From contig CM082578.2 of NCBI GenBank assembly GCA_040954595.2, positions 11,229,166 through 11,293,165 of the forward strand: a DNA stretch of 64,000 nucleotides, in the 5' to 3' direction. This DNA is from Balanoglossus misakiensis. Taxonomy: Eukaryota; Animalia; Hemichordata. Numbering within the stretch: position 1 is the first letter of the stretch; each line of letters starts with the position of its first letter. Below are positions 1 through 12,321 of the stretch, piece by piece. Both the position numbers and the translations under genes were made by a program. The notes beneath the pieces were generated by a model that did no database searches, was not told the DNA's origin, and saw only the letters and a list, made by a program, of their open reading frames with translations.

Positions 1-3000
1 AGTTGATATCTGGCGCTGGCTTCGGACCAGTGGCGACGATTGGTGTTTCCTACATCGACGATTATGCAGGGAGTAAGTCACCTCTGTATATTGGTAAGTC
101 GGGTATTTTCTATATCCACTGACAACCGACCCCACAAGGGGTGCGGCTTGGCCAAATCATGTAAAATGCGTTAATACTTACATGTATTTGTGAAACCATT
201 CTTCTCTAACAAACTTTATGGTGCACAAGAAATTCAACTTTTATCATGGATTGGAACATTTCTTAGGAATCCCGATCGATTACCATGGGGTTCATTTTAA
301 TTTATTCAATTGCAAAGTTGATGCATTGCATTATTTATTTACTTATTTTTTATCGATTGATTGGTCGGTTGATCGATCGATCGAGTTATCAATCGATTGA
401 CTGATTGATTAATCGATTCTATCTGTCTGCCTGCCTGTCTGTCTTGATATTAGGAATTATTGAGTCTACCTGGGGAATTGGAATGCCTTGCGGTTTTTTT
501 GTTAGCGCCGTCGTACTGTTACTGTATGTGGATTTCTACCGTGTTGACATGACAACCTTGGAGATAGACCCCAGTGATTCGCGCTGGGTAGGAGCGTGGT
601 GGCTGGGCGGTATCATTGGGACATTCACCTACATCCTGGCGGCTCTGCCACTCTTCTGGTTCCCGCGGTGGCTCGGCGACGAAAGGCCACGCCCGCCCGC
701 TGTTCACAAGGAAGAGGAGAGCCGCAGTGAAGAGACGGCGTCTGCGCTGACAGCAACCAAGGGTACGTGCACGGCGGCATGGCAGTGGCACTCCCAGGAA
801 AAGTGGGCATCCACGCTTGTTCAACAAAATCTTAAGATATACCTGTTTTCCAGGACCTGTCATACAACACCATTTTAAGTGAAATATTGGAAGAAAATTT
901 GACACTGTGGCAAAACACCCACCGATTTAAGGCATAGGGCAGGGAATGGATTTGTGAGTTTGGAGTAACTCGTAGGCTTTCTAATCCTTTCTGTGGCCGT
1001 ACATGGTTTTAGAATAGGTGCCCCTTTCTTGCTTACACGGACTGTGATGATACATGCATGATGAACAGAACAAAACTCGCCCTTCGCTTTCTGACAGCTG
1101 GTCTTTCACTTCATTATTTCCAGGACTTTTGAGAGCGACGTGGTCTTTAATTAAAAATCCTGTTTTTATATTGACGAATCTGGCAGTCACGTTGTCTAGG
1201 ACGTTCGGTTTCCTCCTTTTCCTTCCAAAGTACTTCGTTAAAGATCTTTACTACACCATCACTATGACAAACGTCCTAATGGGTAAGTAACATTTACTAT
1301 ATTTCCTGACGGACCTTTAAAGGGGCGACGGTCATCTTCTTATGCCCATGTGCCAAACAGAATTCAAAATAAAAATCTCTCAACGGAAATAGTGTAGTCA
1401 ATGCTTTCCATTTCAGGGATACTGTGGTTGTTTCCCTTGGCACCGGCTCGAATAATCACCGGGATTCTCATCAAGAAGCTGAAACTGAGTGTGTACGGCC
1501 TGGTGAAGATGAGTATCATCATCACCTTGGGAGCGTTGTCAATGCTTGTCTTGATGATACCGTTTGGTTGCGAAGGAGAACCGATTGCTGCCTACACTGG
1601 GTATATAAACCCCCCTCCTCATACACACCGATCTTCATATATGTATATATTGATTTTATATTGATTGTCATTTCTCTTTTAACACGTCGGGCGACGGGAA
1701 TCTAGAACATGTATCTCCGAAAATTGGTCCGGGATTTTTGAAAAGATGCTGATCAGTTAAAGATCGGTGAAAAGCAGGACTGGTTAAATCTGCCGATCAC
1801 ACGAGAGTTATCTTGCTTTATTTCTTCTTAGCAATCATCCCGACATGACTGTATCGTGTAATGCGGACTGTGGCTGTACCACGGACCATTACCAGCCAGT
1901 CTGTGGATCTGACAACTTGAACTATTACTCTCCGTGCTATGCCGGCTGTCGATCCGCGAACGCTACGGTAAGTAACTATATGCATGTACCTGCTAAACCC
2001 GGGTTGTATCATATACTGACCAATATACCTTTCAAAAACTGCCATTTTGTGGCATTGTGGAATCCGTTGTCATGGGTAACTGCTATATCAATGGAAAACC
2101 AAATGCGCACTGATTATTTTACCGACTGGCAGGAACGAACCTGTAAGGCTCTTTGAAAAGGTGAATTAGATTCACCGGTACACTTTAACCAATAAATGCC
2201 ACTATTTACAGGGTTTCATCGACTGTCGGTGCCTGTCGCAGGGAGACGCACCGTCGTCACCAACGCCATCGGCAACTCACCCAGGGACTGCCTACAGTGG
2301 TTATTGCTCCTACGAGGTGTGTCGGTATGCAATCGTCTTTTGCGTGCTGCTGTTTGTATACTCGTGGTTCAACTCCTCCACTGTGGTTACATCCACAATG
2401 ATCACCATGAGGTAAGACGGGATCCAGGTAATTTAGATTAAAAAATGTATTTTGTATTTTTTCGCTTCGGCAGTTCTGTCGTTCAGTGTATCATCATCAC
2501 GATTTGATAGTTGGGACATGCGTATAGACTTAAACTAGAATTAACCAAAAATGCGTTTTATTGACCGTAATTTCTGTCTGTGGTCGATTTTACTTTTTCA
2601 GGTCGGTCAGTGAGCATCAGAAATCGTTTGCTTTGGGTTTCAGTCATGCGATGCTACGATTGCTATGTGAGTATACATGTACTTAATATATTCACGTTTC
2701 CATTTTTAAAGACAACTTTCAATCCCCGGTTCTCGTATTCAATTTAGTTCTATGTTGACATTTGATGGTTAATGTGGTGCAAAGTCGTCGTTTCCCAATG
2801 GACTACATGTATTTATGAAGTTGGCGCATTTTCTTTTCGCCGATAAAGATGCTGCGCCTCTAGTGGCGCTTATACGTGAAATTCTGGGTTTGGTAGCCTA
2901 GGTAACACTGAGTTGTCGCGAGTTGGTGCGGCTTGCCTGGACGATAGGTTCAGATTCAATGTCCACATTACACGTACCTCACTCGCAAATCCTTCCGTTT

Positions 3001-3696
3001 TCAGCTCTGATTCCGAGCCCCATCATATCCGGCTATCTGTTGGACACGACGTGTACTCAGTGGCACACACACTGTGGCCGGCGCGGCGCGTGTGTGGCGT
3101 ACGACAACCACGCCTTCCGAACGATTATTGTCGGAATGAACGTCGTTCTAACTGGAGCGGCGGTCGTCATCTTCGCCGTCCTCCTCGGCTATATTCACCG
3201 GAGGAAGAACCTTGGCCGACGAGTGCCGGGGACTGAAGATGATCGTGACCAGGAGCTTGACGGAGACGCCAGTGATGGGCCTGCTGTCACCCAGCGCTTG
3301 TATAAGTTTGAGGTAAGGGTAATAAGCTCGTATACTTCCTCGGGCATAAGTCTATATTGATTTACACATTGCTGACAATTTGAATTTTCCCAGGAGGTAC
3401 AGGTGACAACGTCAAACGTAATCTTCACGAGAGAAATAAAACGACGACACAAATTGTTGAATCAGCTTAATGATTTTACCGAACACCTTTATTTACTTCT
3501 CAGTTGGTGGAATCGAAGAAGAACAACAACACAGATAAGTAAGAGCTCGTGGACTGGTCTAAGATGGGCTCGGAATTCTTGGAAAGTGTTTGCAGCGCGA
3601 GAAGATTACAGGGCTTCGATTTACAATAGCGTCTGTAGATATGAATTTGTTATGGATATAAATTATGGAAATAAAGTATCGACAGCATTTTCATGA
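1..3696 (+). CDS. Solute carrier organic anion transporter (OATP/SLCO family), 5'-truncated by the window edge
   Basis: Exons <1-93, 454-762, 1124-1282, 1417-1600, 1832-1967, 2212-2411, 2602-2666, 3006-3312, then either read-through to the stop at 3360 or a last exon 3394-3696. OATP motifs: IGVSYIDD..SPLYIG, DSRWVGAWWLG, FLPKYF, Kazal-like CNADCGC..YQPVCGSDNLNYYSPCYAGC, IPSPIISGYLLDTTCTQW...CGRRGACVAYDN. The terminal exon choice is uncertain. Confidence 0.93.
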
Positions 3697-4163
3697 TGTA
3701 AGGTGATTGAGTAGTGATTTCAGGACTACCTTCTCATATTACTTGTCCAATGTAAGAGTGGAGAAAATCACACAGCAAAAAATGTATATATAATAGGATT
3801 AAATCAGATATACAGGTCTGATTCACGTACATGAGGAACTTTTGTTCTTCAGAACGTGTTGGACTTTATTCGGAAACTTCGTTAAGGCCATTTTAAGCTT
3901 TATGTTTCACAGATGTTGATTTTGCTAACGATATGCCTGAGAGGGTATGTGCTAAAGGTGAATCAAGATCGTATAAAGGTCGGGATTCGAGTATAAACTG
4001 AGGTAAAGAGTCGCTTGGTCACGTTTCGCATACGTGCAAGCATACACCCCTCTACAAATAACACCGCCGTCAGGGAGTGCAACATCACTACCATTTAATA
4101 TTTATGAGGACAGGTCAGCCACTGGGCGCAATTTGATTCGCCAAGTGTAATTCCGGAGAAACC

Positions 4164-6321
4164 ATGGGGCTGTGTCGGAAGATCGTTGGCCTGTCTGTCA
4201 TCGCGGTTGCTGTATACATAGGCTACGTATACAATACGAGGGACACGTTTCAGCCAGGTAGGTCAGGGTCACAAACTTGATTAACGTTAAACGTAGTAAC
4301 GTATATAGAGACCAGCTCGACCCGTACGTCAAGACTGATGGTACGGAGTTGGGATGAGACGAACATATACTCATTTGCCCTCCTCGTAAAAGACATATCA
4401 AAACGATGCTAAATGTTCTGTGAACCAATTTTCTGGGAATGCAATGTTAGTGTCACAGAATTCGCTCAAAAAGTTTTTCCCTATGTTATTGTCACTGTCG
4501 CACATGATTTTACGCGAATAAAGGACAACAGGGTCCGACGTGACTTGTCCCTGACTTCTGAAAGTTAAACCCGGGCACTGAACGACTGTCATTCACGTTC
4601 GAAATTAAATTTCTTTATCAGTTCAATGTATTTGGTTTCATGATGTGAAATGTATAATCAAATGTCAAAGATTACTGCGAAAAGTTAATCATTTCCTGAA
4701 TATAAAGAAAATATTTTGCTAAACGTGGACTACTGCGGTACCAGTCCACGACACAGAACACCGCTCGCTTGTTACTGCTTCATACACAGATGCAGGACTA
4801 CAGTCGTCACGCGTTGTGGTTGGGTTGGGGTGGAAGTTGTGTAATTATTTGCCTAATTACTATTTCATTATTTTGCAGAAAGCATCCGTGGAAAACGTGT
4901 TATTGTGACGGGTGCAAGCACTGGCATTGGAGAACAAATTGCCTATCACTACGCTCGGTTAGGGGCCAAGATTTTGATAACGGCTAGGCGTGAAAATCTC
5001 CTCGAAGAAGTATGAAATTATTAAATGTGCCTGTATTCTATTGAATTCACAGAAAAACCTTCATATCAGCGGATACCATGATATTAATTATAAAGGGGTT
5101 AACAGTTTTCTTTGCCGCGGTTTTAATATGGAATGCCCTATTTCCTGAGAAACTACACGGACATGATAACAATGTTGAGTTAGATATAGAAGTAACCACA
5201 TTGTAGGAAATAAATGATAACTTGAATTATTTATGAGGTTAGTTTAGTGTGAGAGAGACAGTGTTACGCCAACAGCTGCAAATATTTGACCACCGAGTTC
5301 TCTAAATAGCTTCGCCTATTGTCAAATCCCATTTTCCGCAGGTCACGGCAAAATGTGTGGAGCTGGGAGCCCAAGAAGTCCACTATTTACCCATGGACAT
5401 GGCAGTGGTCAACGAGACGGGAAAGTTGATCTCGGAAGCTGAGGAGAAACTTGGCGGGCTGGACTATCTCGTCTTGAACCACGCCCTGTACTACTGGGAA
5501 TTGTGGGATGGCAACATGGAGAAACTGCAGAATGTAATGAACGTGAATTTCATGTCGTTCGTCAACCTGGCCACAGAAGCTCTGCCCATGCTGACAAAGA
5601 CCAATGGCAGCATCGCTGTGGTGTCCTCACTTTCTGGTGAGTTTTGATTACTCACCATAGCAACCATAGGCAGTCTGGTGAATTGATTGCTCTGATTGGC
5701 GGTAAAAAAAATCCGCCATCTGGAGAAAAATTAGGGGCCTAAAGGATTTTTTTAACGAAAATAAGAAGTTGAACACAAGTTCTTTGTTTTCAAATTGGTG
5801 TCTCGCATACTTCAGTACATGTATAGCAAAGAATTGGAGGGATTTGCAGGTCTATCATCTGTTATGATTCAACCACCATGACGTTGCATTGTAAATGTTT
5901 ACTTGTGAGTTGATTTGCCCCAATTATCAATTTCTCTTTTTCAGGAATTTTTGCTCTACCATCAATGATTCCCTACTCGGTCTCCAAATCTGCCATAACC
6001 GGATTCTTCACCGGATGGCGACAAGAGCTGGCGTTGAGAAACACAAACGTATCCGTCACGCTGTGCCTCATTGGGTCGATTAAAACTGCCCATGCCGCCA
6101 TGGCAACGGAGGTGTTTTTGAACTTGGAAAGCAGGTTTGAGAGCTTGCCCTCTCCAGATGAGACTGCGCTGAGGATTATACAGGCGTCGGCATCAAGAGC
6201 GGCGGTGCTCATATTTCCTTATTTCCAAAGTAGGAAATGTCAATTATTGAATACCTTCTTCCCGGAGCTTCTCCAGCGGTTGACCTCCGACAATGTTGAT
6301 ACAAAGCATCTAGGATTGTGA
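4164..6321 (+). CDS. HSD11B1L: 11-beta-hydroxysteroid dehydrogenase 1-like SDR, copy A (~298 aa)
   Basis: Exons 4164-4257 (MGLCRKIVGLSVIAVAVYIGY, signal anchor), 4879-5009 (VIVTGASTGIGEQIAYHYARLGA..ITARRE), 5342-5636 (LGGLDYLVLNH, VNFMSFV, VVSS), 5945-6321 (YSVSK catalytic YxxxK). Phases sum in frame (897 nt). AATAAA at 6413. The symbol denotes family-level similarity. Confidence 0.9.
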
Positions 6322-7142
6322 AAAGGCCCGCCACGTGCACGATACTGAAATGAGTTTCAAACTAATGTATAGCCACGCCCGTCTCTACTAATTATGGCTG
6401 CAGTCTTTTCAAAATAAATGTATTCATACCACTTCTGTAAAAAAAAGTATTTCTGTCGCGTCCTTTCTTTTCTCAATGTCCACCTGCTTTTGTGCTACAT
6501 CTTTTTATTGGCATAATCTTTGGGTGTTTGAATATTAAGTTGATTATTATACGACATTGTGAGATCATGATGAACTTCGGCACAACTTTCATGCTTCGAT
6601 TGTTTAAACAAATGCATTCATTTCACAACGAATGCGGGCCCCTGAAAACTCGGTTATTTTATGCCGTTCAGTGACCCGTGTTCCATTCACTGCAGACAGA
6701 ACAAGGTCAGGTTGTCGCCAAAATAAACGGGGGTCCCGATAAATTATGATCGCATTGCTTTCGGGACAAGCCGCATCAGATTGTATGGTTCACTGCCCCT
6801 TTCTCCATGTTCTCACGCTGCTGGCGCTGCACTCACGAAAGAAGCGCAGCCAGCGGCGGGGATATGGCAGGGGACCGCGTGACCAGGCAACAGTATCACT
6901 GAGGCACAGTGTGCCCTCTGACCGCTGGCCATTGACCCGAACGACGTCCAACCAGTCCTAGCCCACGTAATAATCCTCTCTTGCATCAATGATAATCTGA
7001 TAGTGGTATACATGTAGATGTTAAATGATCAACTGACAACACTTGACCTTGCATTTGCAATATACCACACTGACACAACAGGCAAATCCTGGGCGCGCTA
7101 ACTTCACCCACTCCTTGAAGTTTATCGGAAGTAGAAGAAATC

Positions 7143-9169
7143 ATGGGTATGTTTCGGAAGATCCTGGTCCTGTGTATCATCGTGTTCGGCGTTTACATAG
7201 CCTATACTATGAGGGATACCTTTGACCCAGGTAGGTCACACGTGCGCAGGCACTGTCGAAGTCAGGCCCGCGCATTGCTATGTTAAGAAAGGGGGCGTGG
7301 CAACTTGGACGTGGCACGATATTTGTTGAAAGGACAATGAAACCGGTAAAATTCAATACATGTGATTTGTTTGTACACAACGCACCCGACTACGACAGGA
7401 CCTTGGTGTGGTATAGGTCTGTGTGCTTCCGGCAATCACATGCGACGTTAAACATAAAATTTAATTCGTGTGGCCATTATGCACGCAGCTACTTACAACT
7501 CAATGAAATGAATAGCAGGTTATATCACGCAAACTATTAGCCTCATGTTTTATGTTTCATGTCTTCACAAATAATAGTCACCCTCTGAGTGGAGTCAATG
7601 AACTGTCGTGGACCACATATGCTGGTGATGTGACTTTGATCTGCGACCTTGAACACTCGTCTGCCCAGCTTTCTCCTAGCATTAAACAAAATAACCTGAA
7701 TTTAATGCCTTATACCAGGACCAGAAGACCAAGATCAACTTTTTATCACTATTGCCTAAAGTGTGAAAGGGTGGAATAATTTGCAAATCATTGTTGTTTC
7801 CTGTTTTGCAGAAAGCATCCATGGAAAACGCGTTATTGTGACGGGTGCAAGCACTGGCATTGGTGAACAAATTGCCTATCACTACGCTCGGTTAGGGGCC
7901 AAGATTTTGATAACGGCAAGGCGTGAAAATCTCCTGAAGGAGGTGAGTTTGAATTGTTCACCCAGCATTCTCCACAATCTCTCATGATGTGAATGACACA
8001 AATGTCATAGCTGAGTGGTGTGTTAATTTACAAACAGGAAAGTCGCACACGTACAGTTTGGACAACACCGTCCCCCTCATTTAGAAAGTCAAAACCATAC
8101 ATGACTGACTCCTAGTACTCAACTTCCCACTACTGCAGGTCACGGCAAAATGCGTGGAGCTGGGAGCCCAAGAAGTCCACTATTTACCCATGGACATGGC
8201 AGTGGTCAACGAAACGGGAAAGTTGATCTCGGAAGCCGAGGAGAAACTGGGCGGGCTGGACTATCTCGTCTTGAACCACGCCCTGTACTACTGGGAATTG
8301 TGGGATGGCAACATGGAGAAACTGCAGAATGTCATGAACGTGAATTTCATGTCGTTCGTCAACCTGGCCACAGAAGCTCTGCCCATGCTGACGAAGACCA
8401 ATGGCAGCATCGTCGTGGTGTCCTCAGGAGCAGGTGAGGTTGAGTAGTTACCATGGTAACCAATGGGTTGACCAATCGGCTGCAGCTATAGTGATGATTT
8501 TTCAGGCATTGTGAGGCAATGTCAGCTGCAGACATTTTGCACTTGCACAGCTGAAGAGATAGGCTCTTCATGGCTGCAGTGTGTCACCCAGTCTTGAAAT
8601 TAAAGGGACATAAGCTGTAACTTTTGACTTTATTTCCAGTGTTTTTTGTTCTGTGTGTCAAATGCAATTGTTGCTCATCATATTTCAGAAATTTCAACAA
8701 GAATCTGCGGTAGATGCACAAAACAAAAATATTGAAACCATAGTGGAAAGTTACAGCTAATGGAGCTTTAACTTCATTTTCAGGAAATATTGCAGTACCG
8801 TCATTAATCCCCTACTCGGCCTCAAAGTTCTCTCTCCACGGTTTCTTCTCCGGTTTGCGCCAAGAGCTGGCGCTGAAAAGCGTCGACGTTTCGATAACCT
8901 TGTGTGTTCTCGGGCCGATTGACACCGACCACGCCGTCGTGGGAACGAAAGCTTACATAAACGCCCAGAAATGGATCAAGGACGAGGCAGATTTTGCCTC
9001 TGCCGGCGAGGCGGCCGCGCTCATCGTCCGGGCGTCAGCTGCAAAAGCCCGGACTCTCAATTTTCCTTATTTCCACACCAGAATTCTTCAATTATTGAAT
9101 ACCTTCCTACCGGAGCTTGTTGAGCAGTTGGTGTCGAGTAACGTTGATACCGAGGCTCTCGGACTGTGA
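7143..9169 (+). CDS. HSD11B1L: 11-beta-hydroxysteroid dehydrogenase 1-like SDR, copy B with proximal last exon 4a (~299 aa)
   Basis: Exons 7143-7230, 7812-7942, 8139-8433, 8784-9169. TGASTGIG, LDYLVLNH, VVSSGAG, YSASKF. In frame (900 nt). AATAAA at 9333. Confidence 0.9.
8600..8771. mobile_element. Short non-autonomous DNA transposon (MITE, TTAA-flanked, Kolobok-like ends)
   Basis: Left end TTAAagggacataagctgtaactttt; right end aaagttacagctaatggagctTTAA, an imperfect inverted repeat. Lies in intron 3 of copy B, 12 nt before exon 4a. Confidence 0.65.
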
Positions 9170-9644
9170 TGAGTTGATGCTGCTATACAATGCTGCCAGC
9201 TGATTTTCAAGGGCATGCTGTGGACATAAGTGATTTTTCCAGGAAATTCTAAAGCAGAATTAATCAGTGTGTTGCCAGTGAATACAGCTGAAGTGTATCA
9301 TTTACAGTCTCGTTAGAAAAACTGTTTAAGCTAATAAATAAACAATGACACAATTATCTGTCATGGCCACATTTTTCAAAATTGTTTTGCAAATACATTC
9401 AGTGTTCTGAAGTTGTGCAAACGTTGGCATGAACTGCTGTTTGATGAAGTTAAGCACGTCTATTGGATGTTGAAGTTTGAGCTGTCAGATGTGAATAGTG
9501 ATCTTTATAAAATCCTGACATTGTTAAGCTGCAGTCATAAATTTCCCCCAAATCTTCCAGATAACAAAAACTGTATTTCAGCTGGCAGAGCAGCCAAGGA
9601 TCTGTGACCGATCAACAATCCCAAACTACCGTAATTCTGTTGAG

Positions 9645-10039
9645 GTCACGTCGGGCTTCCCGCAATATCGTCGTACTGTGCAACAAAGCACGCCCTCGGA
9701 GGATTCTTTGAGGCCCTGCGACAGGAAGTAGAGTGGAAGAAAATCAATGTGGCCATAACGTACTTCATACCCGGCGTAATAGGAACCGAGCACGGGAAAT
9801 CCATAATGGAACGGTTGAAATCACCCGGATTTGTGAGAACGCTGGCGGCAACCCCGGACGACACCGCTCTGGCGTTGGTGAAAAGCGCAGCTGCGCGCGA
9901 GAAGATCGGGATGTATCCGTGGTTACACGTACGACCTCAGGAGGTTCTGCACACTCTGTGCCATGATTCATTTGAGTGGCTTTTTTCATTGTTCGCCACA
10001 ATGTACCTACCTCAAGTTGCAGAAAGTCAAAAAAACTAG
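9645..10039 (+). CDS. Orphan SDR last exon 4b (candidate alternative terminal exon of copy B)
   Basis: Phase-1 acceptor ttctgttgag|GT, open frame (G)HVGLPAISSYCATKHALGGFFEALRQEVEWKKINVAIT...SQKN*. YxxxK intact. AATAAA at 10165. The GAG acceptor is an uncommon type. Confidence 0.72.
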
Positions 10040-10613
10040 ATGTACTGGTATAAAGGTTTAGTATTGCTGCAATTAAAGTATCAGAATTGTGATTGAAATC
10101 TGTATTTCTCAATTGTGTTTTAACATATTGCATGTCTCGATGTGTATTTGAGGAAGGTCTTTGTAATAAAATAATTAAGCATCGATTCAGCTCTCAAAAC
10201 TTGATTAAATTCTTGTCATTTAAGTAAAAAAAATCCAAACATGTCCTGTTCTGTGCAGGGTCCCTGGGGGTGTTGGTCATTACACCCACCCCACATCCCC
10301 CCCCCCCCAAGTAGTATGCGTTCTGATCAAGTGGGACCATAGTGGCCTTAACGCTATTTTTGTGGTAGGTTGAAGTGTCTTTACTAATTACCATGTGATT
10401 TCTGCTTAATAACCACTATAAAAAAGTAACCTGTTGAACTCTCTTTAAGTATCAGTAACACAAGCACCCCTATGAATGAAAATTTATAGTATTACAAAAC
10501 TACATGTTCAGGAACGCTGCAACAGAAGGGGTCGATATGTTCATCCGGAAAGAGTGATAAAAGTAAAAAAAGCCATCATTATCATAATATATATCAAAAT
10601 CATCTATTGACAG

Positions 10614-11020
10614 GTATACTGGGACACCCTGGCTTGTCTGACTACTCTGCCTCCAAGTTTGCCATCGGTGGCTTCTTTGAAGCCCTGCGCTACGAGTTGA
10701 TGTGGAAGAAACAAGATGTCGCCGTGACGATCTGCATCTTGGGTGCCGTGGACACGGATACCATGACATCTCAATTGAAAAGGGTTACCACCCGAGAGCG
10801 CTACGAATCTTTCCGAAAGATGGTCATGTCGACAGAGGTTGTTGCATTGGACATCATCAAGTCGGGAGCGCGGAGGGACAGGGTGGCCTATTTCAGCTTC
10901 CCTCCAGCGATGATACGCGTGTCCCACATTGTGAACGTCATTGCCCCAAGCCTTTTCGACGGGGTTATGTTGGCTCAGGGAGAACGAGTTTTACAACGTC
11001 TTGAAGAAGACCGCACATAG
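10614..11020 (+). CDS. Orphan SDR last exon 4c (candidate alternative terminal exon of copy B)
   Basis: Phase-1 acceptor ctattgacag|GT, open frame (G)ILGHPGLSDYSASKFAIGGFFEALRYEL...EEDRT*. AATAAA at 11360. Confidence 0.8.
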
Positions 11021-11212
11021 TGCGATATTGGGAGACATAACAATACTTGACACTAACTTTCAAAGGTTATCACCTGTAAGGAAGGGTCCAATGTTACCGG
11101 TTGCTCTATGCATGAAAACACCAATGACAGAAGCTGCAACCTTAGTGTGTCAGACAGTCACAAGGAAATAGCAGAGATATTATGTGCCTTAGTATACGGT
11201 GTTAAGTTTTAA

Positions 11213-11354
11213 CATAGACAGTAGAGGGGGAAATATGGACGCGTCTCTACCCCAGAGAACAAAAGAAATCACACGTCGCGCTTCTTAACCTCTGTTGCCA
11301 ACGGGTCAACACCTCACCTCATTAACATAATCCGATAAACCTCTACTGTCTATG
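11213..11354. mobile_element. MITE-like element with 15-bp terminal inverted repeats
   Basis: catagacagtagagg at 11213 and its exact reverse complement cctctactgtctatg ending at 11354. Confidence 0.7.
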
Positions 11355-11929
11355 GTTTTAATAAAGGGACAAAGTTGCTATTTTTAACCTTTTTGTGATA
11401 TCAAGTATACATGGAATGCTTGTATAGAGTCCCTCATTGTGCAAAATGATGCCAATGCGTAACTTCAAAAGTGTCAAAAATTACCCTGTTTTTCCTTATG
11501 CATAGAGATATTTTGTTTGTGACTTCAGGTGAAATAAACATATTTTATGTAAACATAAGTATCTGATGTAAATGTGCTTTTCTTTGGGTGAGGATCGGCT
11601 GGTTATCAAATATTGACTGAAAATATACAGGTAAATAATTAAATAAATAAATAGTAAATTGGTTGCAACTAGAATATGGCAGCCTCCATCAAACTACACA
11701 AAAAGTTGCATCACAGTACACATATGCTAAGACTTCAGACATCGCCCGCCTTTTTATACATCTTGAGAAAGTAATTGTGCCAATATTAAATAATCTTCAA
11801 CCACTGAAAGACACACCTCTGTCTGTAATGACTACATAACAGAAATGGCAGAAATATACAAACACAAAACTGATTTTGTTTGCAAAAGATATCTCGTTAA
11901 TACAGTATATAATATTAATCTATTGACAG

Positions 11930-12321
11930 GTATAATGGGACGCCCTGGCGCAGCAGACTACTCTGCCTCCAAGTTTGCCATTGGTGGCTTCTTCGAGGCC
12001 CTGCGCTACGAGTTGATGTGGAAGAAACAAGATGTCGCCGTGACGATCTGCATCTTGGGTGCCGTGGACACAGACAACACTATTACTCAAATGAAAAGGG
12101 TGACCACCGGAGAGCGCATCGAATCGTTTCGAAAATTTTTCATGTCGGCAGACGTTGTTGCATTGGACATCATCAAGTCGGGAGCGCGGAGGGACAGGGT
12201 GGCCTATTTCAGCTTCCCTCCAGCGATGACACGCATGATCCACATTGTGAACGTCATTGCCCCAAGCCTTTTCGACGGGGTTATAAAAATTTTACAACAT
12301 CTTGCAGAAGACCGCACATAG
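11930..12321 (+). CDS. Orphan SDR last exon 4d (recent duplicate of 4c; candidate alternative terminal exon)
   Basis: Phase-1 acceptor ctattgacag|GT, open frame (G)IMGRPGAADYSASKFAIGGFFEALRYEL...AEDRT*. In-frame 15-nt deletion relative to 4c. AATAAA at 12499. Confidence 0.8.

Noticed and set aside
9645-12321. Reading the three orphan exons as three independent single-exon genes
   Set aside because: They lack the Rossmann TGxxxGxG half, and homology starts exactly at a splice acceptor.
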